A program made the position numbers and the translations under genes. The notes beneath the pieces are model-generated. The model was given only the letters and a program-made list of their open reading frames with translations. It had not been told where the DNA came from and searched no databases. This document shows, piece by piece, positions 25,518 to 38,430 of a stretch of DNA of 64,000 nt. The DNA lies in contig NW_024704742.1 of NCBI RefSeq assembly GCF_018977255.1, forward strand, positions 41,666,001-41,730,000, read 5' to 3'. Positions within the stretch are counted from its first letter, which is position 1. Each line of letters starts with the position of its first letter. The stretch is from Callorhinchus milii (lineage: Eukaryota).

Positions 25518-25531
25518 CCACTAGATGGCAG
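25518..25531 (+). promoter_or_regulatory. Candidate CTCF site
   Basis: CCACTAGATGGCAG fits the core consensus CCASYAGRKGGCRS at all positions, in apparently unique DNA. Confidence 0.6.
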
Positions 25532-26099
25532 GGATTCCTCACAAAACTCAAGTAGCCAATAAACCATAGCTTTAGCTGCCTTTGCTTGTCCTGGAGGGAA
25601 TAAAAGACCAGAAAAACTGCACTTTCTATTTGTTGATCTACTAAAGTTTTACACTGGTGCTGATTATGATTTTATCTGGTACTCACACCCACCCCCACAC
25701 TCTTTGATAATTGTTTAAAATATGAAAGGAAGAGTTGCCTGCAAAATATTTTGTCAATTTCATGCCTGGCCATTTGTACCTTGTTTATTATTTCACATAA
25801 ATTACCCCAATACAGTTCCACTCATCAATCCAACACAGCAACAACTTGTATTTATATAGAGCCCTTCACGTGAGGTAGTGTCTCGGAGCTCTTAAAATAT
25901 ACAACTTCAATAGGACAAAACTAAATGGAACCCTGAGTTGTAAGTGTGTCGAAATCATCTATTTTTGGCACACATGTTATACAAACCCATATCGTTCGAC
26001 TCCCACCCCCAGCTTGACTGCCAGCCAGCAGTGTTAAGTGTTATTGGGCATCCTACTGACCTGAAAGGCGCGATATAAGTGTAAATCGTATTGTATTGT

Positions 26100-26270
26100 A
26101 AGTAACTTTCAAAAGGGAATTAGATAGGTACTTGAAAAGGAAAAAAATTACTGGGGTATGCTGAAAGAGTGGGGGAGTGGGACTGATTGGGTAGCTCTTC
26201 CAAAGAGCCGGTCCAGGCACGATTGGCCGAATGGCATCCTTCTGTGCTGTAATATTCTATGACTAGAATA
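26100..26270 (+). mobile_element. CR1 3' end (HER1/HE1-type tail)
   Basis: TTTCAAAAGGGAATTAGATAGGTACTTG...GGCCGAATGGCATCCTTCTGTGCTGTAATATTCTATG; similar at 30450-30605 and 45310-45760. Confidence 0.8.
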
Positions 26271-26371
26271 TTAATTATAGACTATGGAAATTAGGTGTTT
26301 CAGCTATACGACATTCCCTATTTGAATGTAATTTTTTTGGTCAGCCAGTTAGGGTTACATCTTTAACCTGA

Positions 26372-26885
26372 TTGCTTGGGGGCCAACCGGGAGTCTAACA
26401 CATGTGGAAACCCATCACCGTCCTTAAGAGTTTCCAAACCAAATAGATATACATGGAAATTCTGAGATATTTATTTGAATGGAATGCGCACTGTCTCCCT
26501 GTAGAGATGCATCCTCTTCCTTACTTCCGGAGAGTATTTAGGTACAGGATAGCGAAGCCATGGCTTGGGCCCCAGATTGTGGGGTCTAACCAGCNAAAAA
26601 AGATGCAAAGCCTCCTTCACAGTCTGGCAAGCTTTCCAGTTGCTTGTCCATCTTTGGCCACCCTACTCATTAGGGCTTTGGCTTGCAGGATTAATGTGAG
26701 CTGAGTGGGAAGAATCCCTGCCCCCAGTGACTGGTCTGCCTTTCCAGGTCCTGCCGATTAGCCACACTTTCATCAGCAGTGCCCTGGAGTACTGTGGACC
26801 TGCCTGACTCAGGAACTGGACTACCAAGACCACCATAGAGGGTTGGCTTGATTCTAATATTCCATTGCCAAACACTTCACCTCGG
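26372..26885 (-). mobile_element. Family X, near full length
   Basis: Reverse complement aligns from AGGTGA..TTTGGCAATGGAATATTAGAATCAAGCC to GTGTTAGACTCCCGGTTGGCCCCC; contains one N at 26595. Confidence 0.85.
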
Positions 26886-28719
26886 AGCCAGTTCAGTTCC
26901 AAGTAAAACAGAAGAGTGGGTGAGAGTGGAACAGACGGAGTGGGTGAGAGTGTTTCATGTTCCAGCCTTTTTGAATTTTGGTAGCTTCAAGAAATCCTGA
27001 TTAGAGCTACCCACCCTTTTGAAGAATATTACAAACTAGAGGCCAATATAGGGACTTTACAATAAACCTGGTTTCTGTTTGTGACAGAATGAATTGTAGT
27101 GCAGGCTAATAAGCAATATTATCAATCGTTGATTTCACTGTGGAACCTTTATCGATTTTGTATTCTGCAATCTGATTTTTTTTCATCTATTCCTGAAGAA
27201 TGGCCTTGGGTGTGAATGTTGTTTCCCCCCACCCCAACTTCAGGACAATAGTTGCATCCAAAGGTATTTCCAAGGTCTTAAGCATTATTTCGTTGGATTC
27301 TCCCTGAAGCACCAAATTATTATTCCCATCCCGGAGCCAATGTTTTAGTGCTGCTTTACCCAATACTGATTGCGTGAAACCAGTATTCATGAAGCTGCAC
27401 TAAAATTCAGCGATTGGGAATAACAAAGGGGAACACTTCAGGCCAAACCATTATAATCCTTGTATTTGATATAGCACCTTATTGCAACGTTTGAACTGTC
27501 TCAAAATGCTTCATGTAATTTTACTGTGTATTTATTTGTGAACTATTAGCTGTGGTTAGAGAGTAGGGAGAGGAGATTGGGACAATTACATCACAGCCAG
27601 GATTTAGAAACTGGGTAGTTTTATAACAGATTCGCTAACTATTCAATAATTATTGAGTCTCTTGAACAATATTGCATTTTTATCCCACTGTTTCTTTTTG
27701 TCCCTGGTTTTTCAGTGTATTGAGGGGACAGGTTTATTCCCAATTCATTTTTTTTATTAAATCCAGGAACATACTGAGCCTCAGGTTCACCTGCTCACTG
27801 TTAACATTCACATTTATGCCAAATGGAACACATATTCATAGTTAATAATTGACAGTGTTCTGCAGTCTGATTCCAAGCTGTAATCTGCAACGTAATCTTT
27901 GTTTGTAGTAAGATACAAGCCTTGAGGTTGTCAAAGCATTATTTATACCATAGCTGCTTGACTGTTAAAATTGTGGTATGACATGTTCTCCGTAACAGCA
28001 CCCTGCATCATTCTTTTGCTAACACAGGTAATTATATCAATATGTTTCATAATAATTATGTCCCAAAAATATGATTGTCCCTAATAATCAACAATTACCT
28101 ACTAAGAAGCTAATTGGTGGTTCTGCCTAACAGCTTCAAGATTTCCTTTGAAGATGTGGTAATTTCACTGGCACATTTTCAAAGTCTTGTTGTTGTTTTA
28201 TTAGAACAACACTCATTGCATTCAGAAAGCTTAGCTGATCTTCATTCACCATTGCTAACTTGTATGTAAAAAAATCATAAATGCAAATGCTCATCAACCC
28301 ATTCTCAGCCTGTCTGTGGTGTTTGATTCAAAGATACTTGAAAGCATTCTTTTATTCTGTCACTGCTTATGCAGCATGGTTAAAAAATCAAGCTGTGTAT
28401 AATCGTGATTTAACAGAGCCAGGCACTGCTGATGCCTTCCTTTCAATGAGATCACACCTTTGCAGCCTTCCTGCGAATATCTCTGACTTTGGTGAGAAAA
28501 TAAAGAAAAAAATCCTTGGATGTCCGGCACAACTCAAATCGATTTGCACTCAGAATATCCTCATTGTTTGATGGTACATGTGGCCAGGAAGATTACTGCA
28601 TTTGACACTGGTTGCAATTATCTTTTGAAGGGCTAGCAATAATTAGGCCCTGACATCTGAAATGCAGTCATTTATAACCAAGGTTCCTTCAATTAAAAAA
28701 CTGAGCGGGGACACCTTCC

Positions 28720-28824
28720 GAGAAGTGGAACTACATCAATCGAACCGCAGTAATTCTGCTCCGAAACTAAAACGCATTGGAACAGAGTAAACCTGCATCG
28801 GTTTGACGAACTTCCAGTTTTCTC
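28720..28824. repeat. Imperfect ~105-bp palindrome (possible MITE relic)
   Basis: GAGAAGTGGAACTACATCAATCGAACCGCAG..TCTGCTCC versus GGAACAGA..CTGCATCGGTTTGACGAACTTCCAGTTTTCTC. Confidence 0.45.
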
Positions 28825-30147
28825 AATATGGAATTTACATTAGAAATTGTGCCATCTATGTTACTTGACACAGCAGCTTAGTGAAATAATACTCTTTGAG
28901 AAATCCCATTGAACAAAAATAACACCTTACATTCTAGCAAATGTCTCCCATGAGTAGAGAAGTGAGTTTTACTTCTAAACCATTGCAAGCCTTGTAATTG
29001 TGGTGAATCCCTTATGACCTCCTTTCTCATGAATTCCCAAAGCCCTCCAGCTTGTCTAGGGTGTCATGATGCGCATTGTTTGGAAACGTTATTGATGCTG
29101 ACAAGTTGCGACTTTTGCAAATTGCCACGAGTCTCTACTTATGCCAATAGTAATGTTGTGAATGCCAGTCTGCTGGAATATTGACATAACCTGGATGAAA
29201 TGTGATTAATAGATTCCCCTTGGCTTCGGCATTGATTCTGCTCACACCTCAAAGTGTGACTTTTCACATAAAATATTGTACTGTGAGTGTATACTGGGCT
29301 TACAATATGACAGAATTATTCTTTGTCAAAGGAGAAGACTGTCATTCAATTTTGCTGCTTAAATTTACTTTTTTTCTTGTCTTCCGCACTTTAATTTAAT
29401 CGGGCAAGATTCAATTAGCCTTTGTGCCCAATGAGTTTGGGCTGCCATAGCTGTATCCTCGCCTGTGTCTCTATCCACCTGACAAGTCTGAAGCCCAAAA
29501 TTCCAAAGATTTTGCCATAAAATGTAATTGTGGAAGCTTCTTACATTCAAAAGCCTTGTTTTGAGTTGCTAAAAATATCTAGCTTCTAAATTAACATTGA
29601 ATTTAAGAATTTTCCACATTGCTGCATGATCTTAAATTTTAAGAGAAAATGGTCTGACAGGCTAAGACTACATAATATTTTGAACCTCTGGGGCTCATAT
29701 TCACTTGCTGCTAGGTTTCAGATCATTACTTCAAAATTGAAAATTGTGTGGAGTTTTGGAAAGCTGCCTTTAATTAAGTCAACACCTTGGATGTGCTCCT
29801 AACATGAAAGGCGACATATAAATGCAAATTGTTGTTGTTAATTGGAAGTTGCACATTTTCAAATTAATCTATACATCTGTGCCTGGATTAGAACGTGAAG
29901 ATTTGAGAATGGATGAAAGTTATGGAATTTTGCAGGAAAACCATTTCCCAAATATACATTAAACACTTTTGCTTAGAATATTACATAGGTGAGGTGGCCT
30001 CTGTGATATCTAATGCATGTCTGTATCCAAGTACAGCAATAGGGGTCTTGTAATTTTTTCTGAATTATCCTGGGTGGGAACCATTATGAATGATTGAGGT
30101 TGAGCCCAAGTTCTGGATGGATTTTACATTTGGTTTCATAGGTGGGA

Positions 30148-30440
30148 TGAAGAGAGATCAGTGGAGATTGAAAAGAGGTGGGAGATCAGTGGAGAATGGA
30201 GAGAGGTGGAGAGATCAATGGAGATTGGAGAAAGGTGAAGAGATTAGGAGATTGGAAAAAGGTGGAAAGATCTGTAGAGACTCAAGAGCAGTGAGAAGAT
30301 AAGTAGAAATGGGAGGAAGGGAGATGGAGAGATCATATAAAATGTGAGGTAGAAAGATATTAGTGGGGAAAGGAGCAAAAAGAAGTGAAGAGATCCATGA
30401 ATATTACAGAAAGATGAAGAGATCAGTAGAAATAACAGTG
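30148..30440. repeat. Purine-rich ~29-30-bp degenerate minisatellite
   Basis: GAGATCAGTGGAGATTGGAGAAAGGTG-like units repeated at least 4 times, then decaying. Confidence 0.8.
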
Positions 30441-30449
30441 AAAGTTAAA

Positions 30450-30605
30450 GTGGGAAAGGAAATTGGATAAATACTTCAAGAAGAATATTAAAGAGTTTGG
30501 GGGAATGATCAGGGGAATAAGATTCAAATAGACAGCTCCATGGGGAGAGCTAATGCCAGCATAGACACAAATGGTCTTCTGCGCTGTAAAGATTCTATTA
30601 TTTTC
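30450..30605 (+). mobile_element. CR1 3' end
   Basis: AAGGAAATTGGATAAATACTT...AATGGTCTTCTGCGCTGTAAAGATTCTAT. Confidence 0.7.
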
Positions 30606-31929
30606 TGCTGCCTTATTTTCTCATTAGAGTTACGGCTGAATCCTGCAAACCTTCATCCGAAATCGTTTCAACACTTTGATTAACCTTGCTCGCAGCTCCT
30701 AAATAAAATGACCAAATTTTGGATTGGCTTGTGATTCTCTTCCAAGCATATCCAAACCCCTTACTTTAAAGAATAATCCAAATGCATCAATGCTTTAACC
30801 CTTGGAGGGGTGCAGCAATTTAATTTAATTTGGAATTAAAAATTTCTTAATGCTGTTACATTTACTGTCTTTTTATATCAAATGCAAGGATAATTGTTAT
30901 TATTATCCAGTAGCTTTTTGTTCAAAAAAAACCCAATTGTTCTGAAACAATGATGAGAAATGTGTGATTACACTGGAATATCCTTAAGGGATGTGGTACA
31001 GTTTCTTTAGATAACAAGTATTCAGAAACCACTATTCTTATTGTTTGTCAATTGTGTTTAAAACTCTGATAAACTTATCATTGATTTTGGTCTCAGAATT
31101 TTTTTGTTTTTAAGTAATGCAAATGTAGTTTAAAAAAAATTCCATTTTCATAGTTGGTAAAGACAAAGTCTTGTAGCATCCAAATTATTTTCATATTAAG
31201 GCCATTTCTGGGATGCTGAAACCTATGATATTCTGTAGGGAGCTTTCGATTTCTTCCATTTCTCAATCTCAATGAAATGAAAATTTGAAACAAGGCCCAT
31301 ATTTTTACTTTGTTGTTGAGCTGAGCATGTTTAACATGGATTTAGCTTGGATTTAATGGAAGGAGATTGGCAATGCCTACTAAACTATTCAGGTTTGTAC
31401 ATGGATTTTTCGCCTGAAATTGCACTAATCCAAATGCTGCCTTAGGCTTTTAAGAAAAGGCAAATTATGTTAAGTAACAATCAGCAGAGTTCATCACTCC
31501 GCAATAACCTCTGCAATGTTCCCTGACTTTGAAGGAGCCCATAATTAAGATAAGATTTTAGAATCAAGGTATTAACACCAGCTTTATATGTTACAATATT
31601 GCAACTCACAGAAAATCTTTTGAAGCATTATATTAACTTTTTATCGAATTGTTTGGAAACATTTTGAAGGATACAGCTTCATTTTGTCCAAACCTTCTGC
31701 TCTACTCCCAGTTGAAATACGGACAAACTGTCTCTAAAGCAATCAACCCAAAACTTTAAGAATACTTTGAAATGCAATTAATATCCAGCCATAGATACAT
31801 GGGAAACAGTTGCATTCAACAGAGTGAATGGTGGAGAGGCATCATTAACAGTGTTCATTATTTAAAGTCTCAAATGCCACTGGTACCTTTCAGCGCTATT
31901 TCGCCAATTTGTTAGATTTTAGCAGATCT

Positions 31930-32245
31930 TTTAATCCCAATTCCCTGTCCTTACCCTTAATATCTCCACAACCCAAGTATCTGGCTGTGACTCTTTTAAC
32001 CATCCTTATTAATTCCACCTCTATAGCTTTCTGGGGCAGAGCACTCAACATTTTCACAACCCTCTATGAATGTGAAGAAATGTTTCTAAACCTCAGTTCT
32101 AGATTTAAAGCTAACAGCTTTTGTACTAGATTCCAGAGGAAAGAGTTGTCCAATATCTAACCCATCAATTCCTTTTATAAGTGACATAGGAACATAAAAC
32201 TGTACAGGCTTAAGTAGACCATGATGTCCTTTTGGCCAGTTCCAA
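31930..32245 (-). mobile_element. Decayed CR1 ORF2 C-terminal fragment
   Basis: Minus strand IKGIDGLDIGQLFPLES; antisense of RVVKMLSALPQKAIE near 32020-32065. Confidence 0.7.
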
Positions 32246-32639
32246 AGTAAAAAAAGTAAAATTAAAAATAGTAATACATGCATTTTTTAAAATACTGTTA
32301 TGTGGGCAAGTTGGAAAACTATAAAAATGCTCCTGGATTCAAGGAGAACTTTTGAAACTTAAAACTGATTTCTCACTTCTCTGCAATCTCCACTGTTGTT
32401 ATACCTTTAGTGGAAAAATATCACCACACCATGATTTTGAAATGATAAGCCATGGGAGGACAGCACAAAGCCACCTTGAAACTAAGGGCTGAAATGTCTG
32501 TCTATGTTCAGAGTGGCAACATTGATAATGCTGGCTTCCACTATGATAGATTTTTGGAGGTACAGGTGTTTCGGATGAGATATTAAATCAAGGTCTCTTC
32601 TGGTTGTGGATATTAAAGCTCTGTTATAATAATTGTTGT

Positions 32640-32862
32640 TGTAATATCACTTGCATTTGGCATAGCATCTTATCACTTCAATGAGACGTCTCAAAGTACT
32701 TGACAGAATATATTGTAAAATTAATCGATTGTATTTTGGGCAAGCGGGATGCTACCCCATGTGAAGTGCGCTATAAAAATGCAAGTTATTGTTGTTGTAT
32801 ATTGTGGGTGAAAGGCAGCAGCCAATTGCACATGGTAGTGTCCCACAGTCATGGATTGATGT
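32640..32862 (-). mobile_element. SINE 3' fragment interrupted by an L2 tail (~32741-32797, +)
   Basis: CTTGCATTTGGCATAGC tail, TGTATTTTGGG, inserted CCCCATGTGAAGTGCGCTATAAAAATGCAAGTTATTGTTGTTG, then TATATTGTGGGTGAAA.GCAGCAGCCAATTG. Confidence 0.75.
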
Positions 32863-32906
32863 CTTGCCAATACTTGAAAAGAGTAAGTAGTTTCTCCCGG
32901 TGTCTG

Positions 32907-33573
32907 GCAACATTGCCAGACTCCGCCACTGCCCCACCCCTCAGGCTGCTGAAACCCTCACCCACACATTCATCATCTCAAGGCTCGACTATGAGAACTC
33001 CCTCCTCATCGGCCTTCCCAACCCTTCCCTTCACAAGCTGCAGATCATCCAAAACTCTGCAGCTCGTGTACTCTCATGTACCAGGCTCTGTGACCCCATC
33101 ACTCCCACCCTCGCCTGACTCCACTGGCTCCCCATCCCCCAGAGGATCTAGTTCAAGATTCTCGTCCTCACCTTTAAGGCCATCCATGACCTTGCCCCCT
33201 CCTACCTCTCTGACCTGCTGACTCACTACCAACCTGCCCGCTCCCTCCGTTCATCGGGCTCCGGTCTGCTCCATGTCTCCCGCCCGACCCGCCCTACCAT
33301 CGGTGGCCAGGCTTTCAGGCTCTCTGATCCCACACTCAGGAACTCCATCCCACGGTCCCTTCGCCTCGCTTCCTCCCTTGCCTCCTTCAAGGCTGATCTC
33401 AAGACCCTTCTCTTTGACTGTGCCTTTGATCTCCCTCCCACCTCTCTGCCTTCCCTCACCTCTACACTACCCCTCCCCCATGTTTGGGCCCTGACACCTG
33501 ACTGTTCAGCGCTTTGGGACTTCCCCCCGACGTGAAAGGTGCTCTATAAATGTAATTTTGTTGTTGTTGTTGT
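32907..33573 (+). mobile_element. 5'-truncated L2 LINE
   Basis: NIARLRHCPTPQAAETLTHTFIISRLDYENSLLIGLP..LQIIQNSAAR; tail GGGACTTCCCCCCGACGTGAAAGG plus (TTG)n. Confidence 0.95.
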
Positions 33574-36149
33574 CCTAGTGATCAATCTCGCAAATAAAAT
33601 TAGTCATTCACTTTATGGCTGTTTGTTGGACATTGCTGTGATATTGGGGATGCAAATTGGCTGCTGCATTTGCTTACAAATATACAATCACTACAATTCA
33701 CAGTAAAATCCTGTGCATTATAGAATGTCTCAAAATAATCCTTGCTTCATAATAATCCTAGCATTTGATATAATGCTTATTACATGATGAGCATTATATA
33801 TAATGCAAGCATTATTTTTATAATTGTGCATCACCAATGTCACTACATATAACCAGAATTGTAGTCCTCTGATGTCTACATGTATAGACTATTCAGCGGC
33901 AGTCATTGGATAGTGGTCATGAGTAGGATTCCTAGCGTAGGAGTACTTCAAGCTAATTGTAGCATATATAGTCCCAGCTGACACAAATGCCTTATGGGGA
34001 AAGAGCAGTGAAATGAGCTGAAAGTAGATTGTTCCTGTGTGGGAGTTAGCACCAGCTCAGACAAAATAGAGCCAATGTCTTCTTTTCAAAGTGATAAACA
34101 TTCTATGATTATATGTCAACTGGATACTTGAGATACACAAAGCAATTGAAACCAATCTAGTTGACATTTAGGGCAGAAGCAGACTCTCATTGATCTGTGT
34201 TAATGGTACGCGTATCGAGGTATTGGAAAGAAATCGTCTGGAACAATCTTTCTGTGTGATCAGGTGAATTATTTACGGTTGCTAAATGCAGCCAATACTG
34301 CAATTCAGTTAAAGTGGCCCGATGTGCAAAGAGAAACGGATTAAGAATGAAGTTGATCAAGGAAGGATGGTGCCTTTGTCATATTGCAGTATGAATAGCA
34401 GAATAGATGTCTACAACAACTCAAATAACATGATAGAATAGTGATATTCTATTTTTAAGACCCTTGACATTGTCACTGGTCAGCGCAGAGTAAAATCTAT
34501 AGAGCCATAACTTAATGTATAATAACATAAAACCTTTATATTTAACTTTGACTTCCTTGAATCTATGCCCTCTTTTCTAGCTGTATGACATACCTGAAAA
34601 TATTGTGTAAGAATAGCAATGCGAACCAAAGTGTTCCAGGACGGAGCCAGCATAAGGAAGACTGACAGTGTAGAGTCTGGCGAGAATTATAAATCTAAAA
34701 TTTCCAATCAGATTAATATGATTTTGCTTTGTGTGATTCGTTATCTGATTGGATTCAGATCACTGGAGTTTTGTTCCCGTGCTCTCAGCAATAACCTGTT
34801 ATACAGTATTCATGAAATTCCAGCATTCCTGTATGGTCAAAACCACAAGAAGGCTTGCATGGAGATTTAAACAGAGTGTAGAAACTCCAGCTCAGCTATT
34901 TTCTTGACAGTGCAATGACATCAATGAAAATGGATCAATGAAAATGGAGTAGACTGCTAGTGATTAAAATTGTGCCACGTGGCAGGTTAAACAACACTCA
35001 GAAAATGAACATTTAATAGCTCTTTGCCTTTTTTTATTATTCTGTAACATTTGTTTTGCTGAATCCAGACAGGCAATTACGAAAAGGAATTAGATTGTCA
35101 CCTTAAATATTCTAACAGTTCATCAGTGTTCTTGCACACAGGCTGAAACCTGGAACGTATCCAATTATGTGAGATTACCTTTGGGTAATTTTGCCTGACA
35201 GTGTGCAGATTTCTGCTCGGTTGTAAGCTACTGTCACTCCAAGCTTAAAAATTCTACAACTTACTTCCTAAGTAAATCTAAAGCAGTGCTGGCCTGCGTA
35301 GTGGCTGTAAATATTGAAGAGAAGGATTGGCACATTAAAGCCATACAAAACCAAAAGGCAATTGTAAGTACAAAAATAACGGAAATGATTTAAATGGCAG
35401 CATGATGTTTAAAGGAATTATTCTATATGTAAAGAACACCATAGCCTATAAGAATAATAGCATAATACTATAACCCACAACTGGTTGTGAATACATTACG
35501 CTACATCAAGCTACACGCTAACTGCATTAACTACAATAGAAACATAGCTGGATACAATGTGCCAGATTGCAATATGGGAATCAGCTTCCTCTGCAGATTG
35601 AGTAACTGTGTACACAGTTAAATTTGAACAAAACAACTTCAACAAATATGCTTTTGATATTTCAGAACAGTCACAACATAAATAATTTCATTTTGAGACT
35701 TTGTTGCATTTATATTGAGGTCTGAAGTTAATTTACCTGATAGTCATGGGAATCATTTATATTTAATGTTGTTTGTGCTTTTCATCATAAACTATTTTCT
35801 TCTATTGTCTATTGAGTACTGCTTCTTGAGTTGGTTGGAAGGATGCCAACGGCTAGATATTGCCTGTTAACATTCTTCTACAGTTTTTGTTATCCATTTA
35901 TTTCCCTCTTGCCTTGAACCAGTTTGAACGTGTCTCTGTTGCACAGTAGGGTTACGATGTTGTAAATTTTAGAGAACGTAGTATGGATTTTCTTGTGTAT
36001 TTGCACGAATGCTTTGCTTTATTTAATGCAAGACATTGTTGTTTGAGGCATCCGGGTGCTGGTCAAAGCCAAGACTTGCACTGTCAGCCAAAAGGAGATC
36101 TGCTTCTTGCGCAGTTGTGGCACAGGGAATTGATAATGTAACCTGGGAT

Positions 36150-37812
36150 CATTTGCAACCCATCTCCCCAACACTTCCCATCCTCATTAGACCCTCCGCT
36201 CCATGTATTTCTGAACCGTCTTGAAGATGAAGTCTTGAAGCCCACCACCTGCTCCCTGGACCACATCCCCACCCCTCTCCTTAAATCCCAACTCCACTTC
36301 CTTGCCCCATTGCTCGCCGACATCATTAACCACTCCCTGTCATCTGGTACTGTTCCTTCCCCCCTCAAAACAGCCATTATCATCCCCACCTTGAAGAAAC
36401 CTTCCCTTGACCCATCACAGCTATCTAGCTACCGGCCCATCTCAAATCTCCCCTTCCTATCCAAGGTCCTTGAGAGAGCCGTTGCCTCCTAGCTTCGCTC
36501 TTTCCTCTCCTCCCACTCCTTTCATGAATCTTTCCTATCAGGTTTCTGTGCTGCCCACAGCACGGAAACAGCTCTGGTCAAGGTCACAAACGACATCCTG
36601 ACTATGTGTGACCAGGGCTCCCTCTGCCTCCTCGTCCTCCTCGACCTCTCCACTGCCTTTGACACCGTGGACCACTCAATCCTCCTCCACTGCCTCTCCT
36701 CCCACCTCAACCTTCAAGGTTCTGTCCTTGACTGGTTCAGGTCCTACCTTTCACACCGCCTCCACTTCGTCACAGCAAACAGCTTCTCCTCCAACCCCCG
36801 CACCGTCTCGTGTGGTGTTCCTCAGGGCTCTGTCCTCGGTCCCCTCCTCTTCACCCTCTACATGCTCCCCCTTGGTGACATCATCCACAGACATGGGGTA
36901 AATTTCCACATGTATGCGGATGACACACAACTCTATCTCTCTGCCTCCACCCTCAACTCCAGGACTACTGGCATCCTAACCTACTGTCTGCCCGACATCA
37001 AGTCCTGGACGAGGGCCATCTTTCTCCAACTCAACATCAGCAAGACCGAGGCGCTCCTGATTGGCTCGCGCTAGCGCCTCCGCACCTCGGGCGCTGGCAG
37101 CGTCAGCCTCCACGGCTGCACACTCAACCTCACTAAGCCAGTCAGGAACCTGGGTGTCTTTTTTGACCCTGAACTGTCCTTTCTCCCCCACATCCGTGGT
37201 ATGACCGGCACAGCCTACCACCACCTCCGCAACATTGCCAGATTCCGCCACTGCCTCACCCCTCAGGCTGCCGAAACCCTCACCCAATCATTCGTCACCT
37301 CAAGGCTTGATTATGGAAACTCACTCCTCATCGGCCTTCCCAACTCTTCCCTTCACAAGCTGCAGATCATCCAAAACTCTGCAGCTCGTGCACTCTCACG
37401 CACCAGGCTCCGTGACCTCATCACTCCCACCCTCGCCCGACTCCACTGGCTCCCCATCCCCCAGAGGATCGAGTTCAAGATTCTCGTCCTCACTTTCAAG
37501 GCCATCCATAGCCTTCCCTCTCCTACCTCTCTGACCTGCTGACTCCCTACCAATCTGCCCGCTCCTTCCGTTCAGTGGGCTCCGGCCTGCTCCATGTCTT
37601 TTTCAGCCTCTCTGACCCCACACTCTGGAACTCCATCCCACGGTCCCTTCGCCTCGTTTCCTCCCTTGCCTCCTTCAAGGCCGGTCTCAAGACCCTTCTC
37701 TTCAATTGTGCCTTTGTCGCCCTCCCACCTCTCTGCCTTCCCTCACCCCTACACCACCCCTCCCCCATGCTCGGGCCCTGACACCTGACTGTACAGCACT
37801 TTGGGACGTCCA
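36150..37812 (+). mobile_element. 5'-truncated L2 LINE with well-preserved RT frame
   Basis: One frame from 36235 to ~37515 with only two in-frame TAG stops (36490, 37072): KPTTCSLDHIP, YRPISNLPFLSKVLE, LDLSTAFDTVDH, GVPQGSVLGPLLF, YADD, SRLDYGNSLL. Confidence 0.97.
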
Positions 37813-37849
37813 CTTATGAGTTTATTTATATTTCTGTTTTTCTCCCCAG

Positions 37850-38430
37850 GGGCATCTGTTCCCAGTTCGGGGTGCAGTTTCACAGAGACTGGTTGTCCTC
37901 CTGTGCTCTGCCCAACTGACCATTATTCATGTTGAGTCTTGTAGCATAGTGGTTAAAGCACTCGCTCACAAGCGAGAGGACCTGGGTTCGATTCCTGGGC
38001 AGAGCAAAACCCAAGCAAGTTTCCTTACTCCATACACCTCTGTTTACCTAGCAGTAAGTAGGAACCTAGTTGTTAGTCAATTGGCAGATCACTTTCTGGG
38101 GTAATAATCCCTTCTAAAATAAATGAATAAAAATAATAATTTGGCTTCTCAATCCATGACTTTTTTTGTGGGACACTGCTGTGTACAGTTAGTTGCCACG
38201 TTTCGCCCACAAAATGCACAGTCAATTCACTTTACAGTATATTCTGTGAAGCGTTTTGAGTCGTCTCAATGACATTATAAGGCGGTATATCAAATGCAAG
38301 GATTATTATTATGTGTAACCCTTGGCAGTGAGTGTCGGCAGGCCACTCGACTGTAGAAGGAATCACAGCCAAATCTGATCCTCTTATCACCTGGCTGCCA
38401 CACACATGTGCATCCAGTGCATGTGCTATC
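37850..38430 (-). mobile_element. Second old SINE-like family, split by a tRNA-Ala SINE
   Basis: CCCAACTGACCATTATTCATGT | insertion | ATGTGTAACCCTTGGCAGTGAGTGTCGGCAGGC; ATGT on both sides. Confidence 0.7.
37930..38311 (+). mobile_element. tRNA-Ala SINE, long subfamily
   Basis: Head with GGGTTCGATTCC, extra ~62-nt module 38040-38101, standard body and (TTA)n. Confidence 0.92.

Larger units (their letters stand above)
32500..33735 (+). mobile_element. Deu-domain SINE split by three nested insertions
   Basis: Collinear Deu segments at ~32500-32625, ~32865-32912 and ~33575-33735. Confidence 0.7.
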
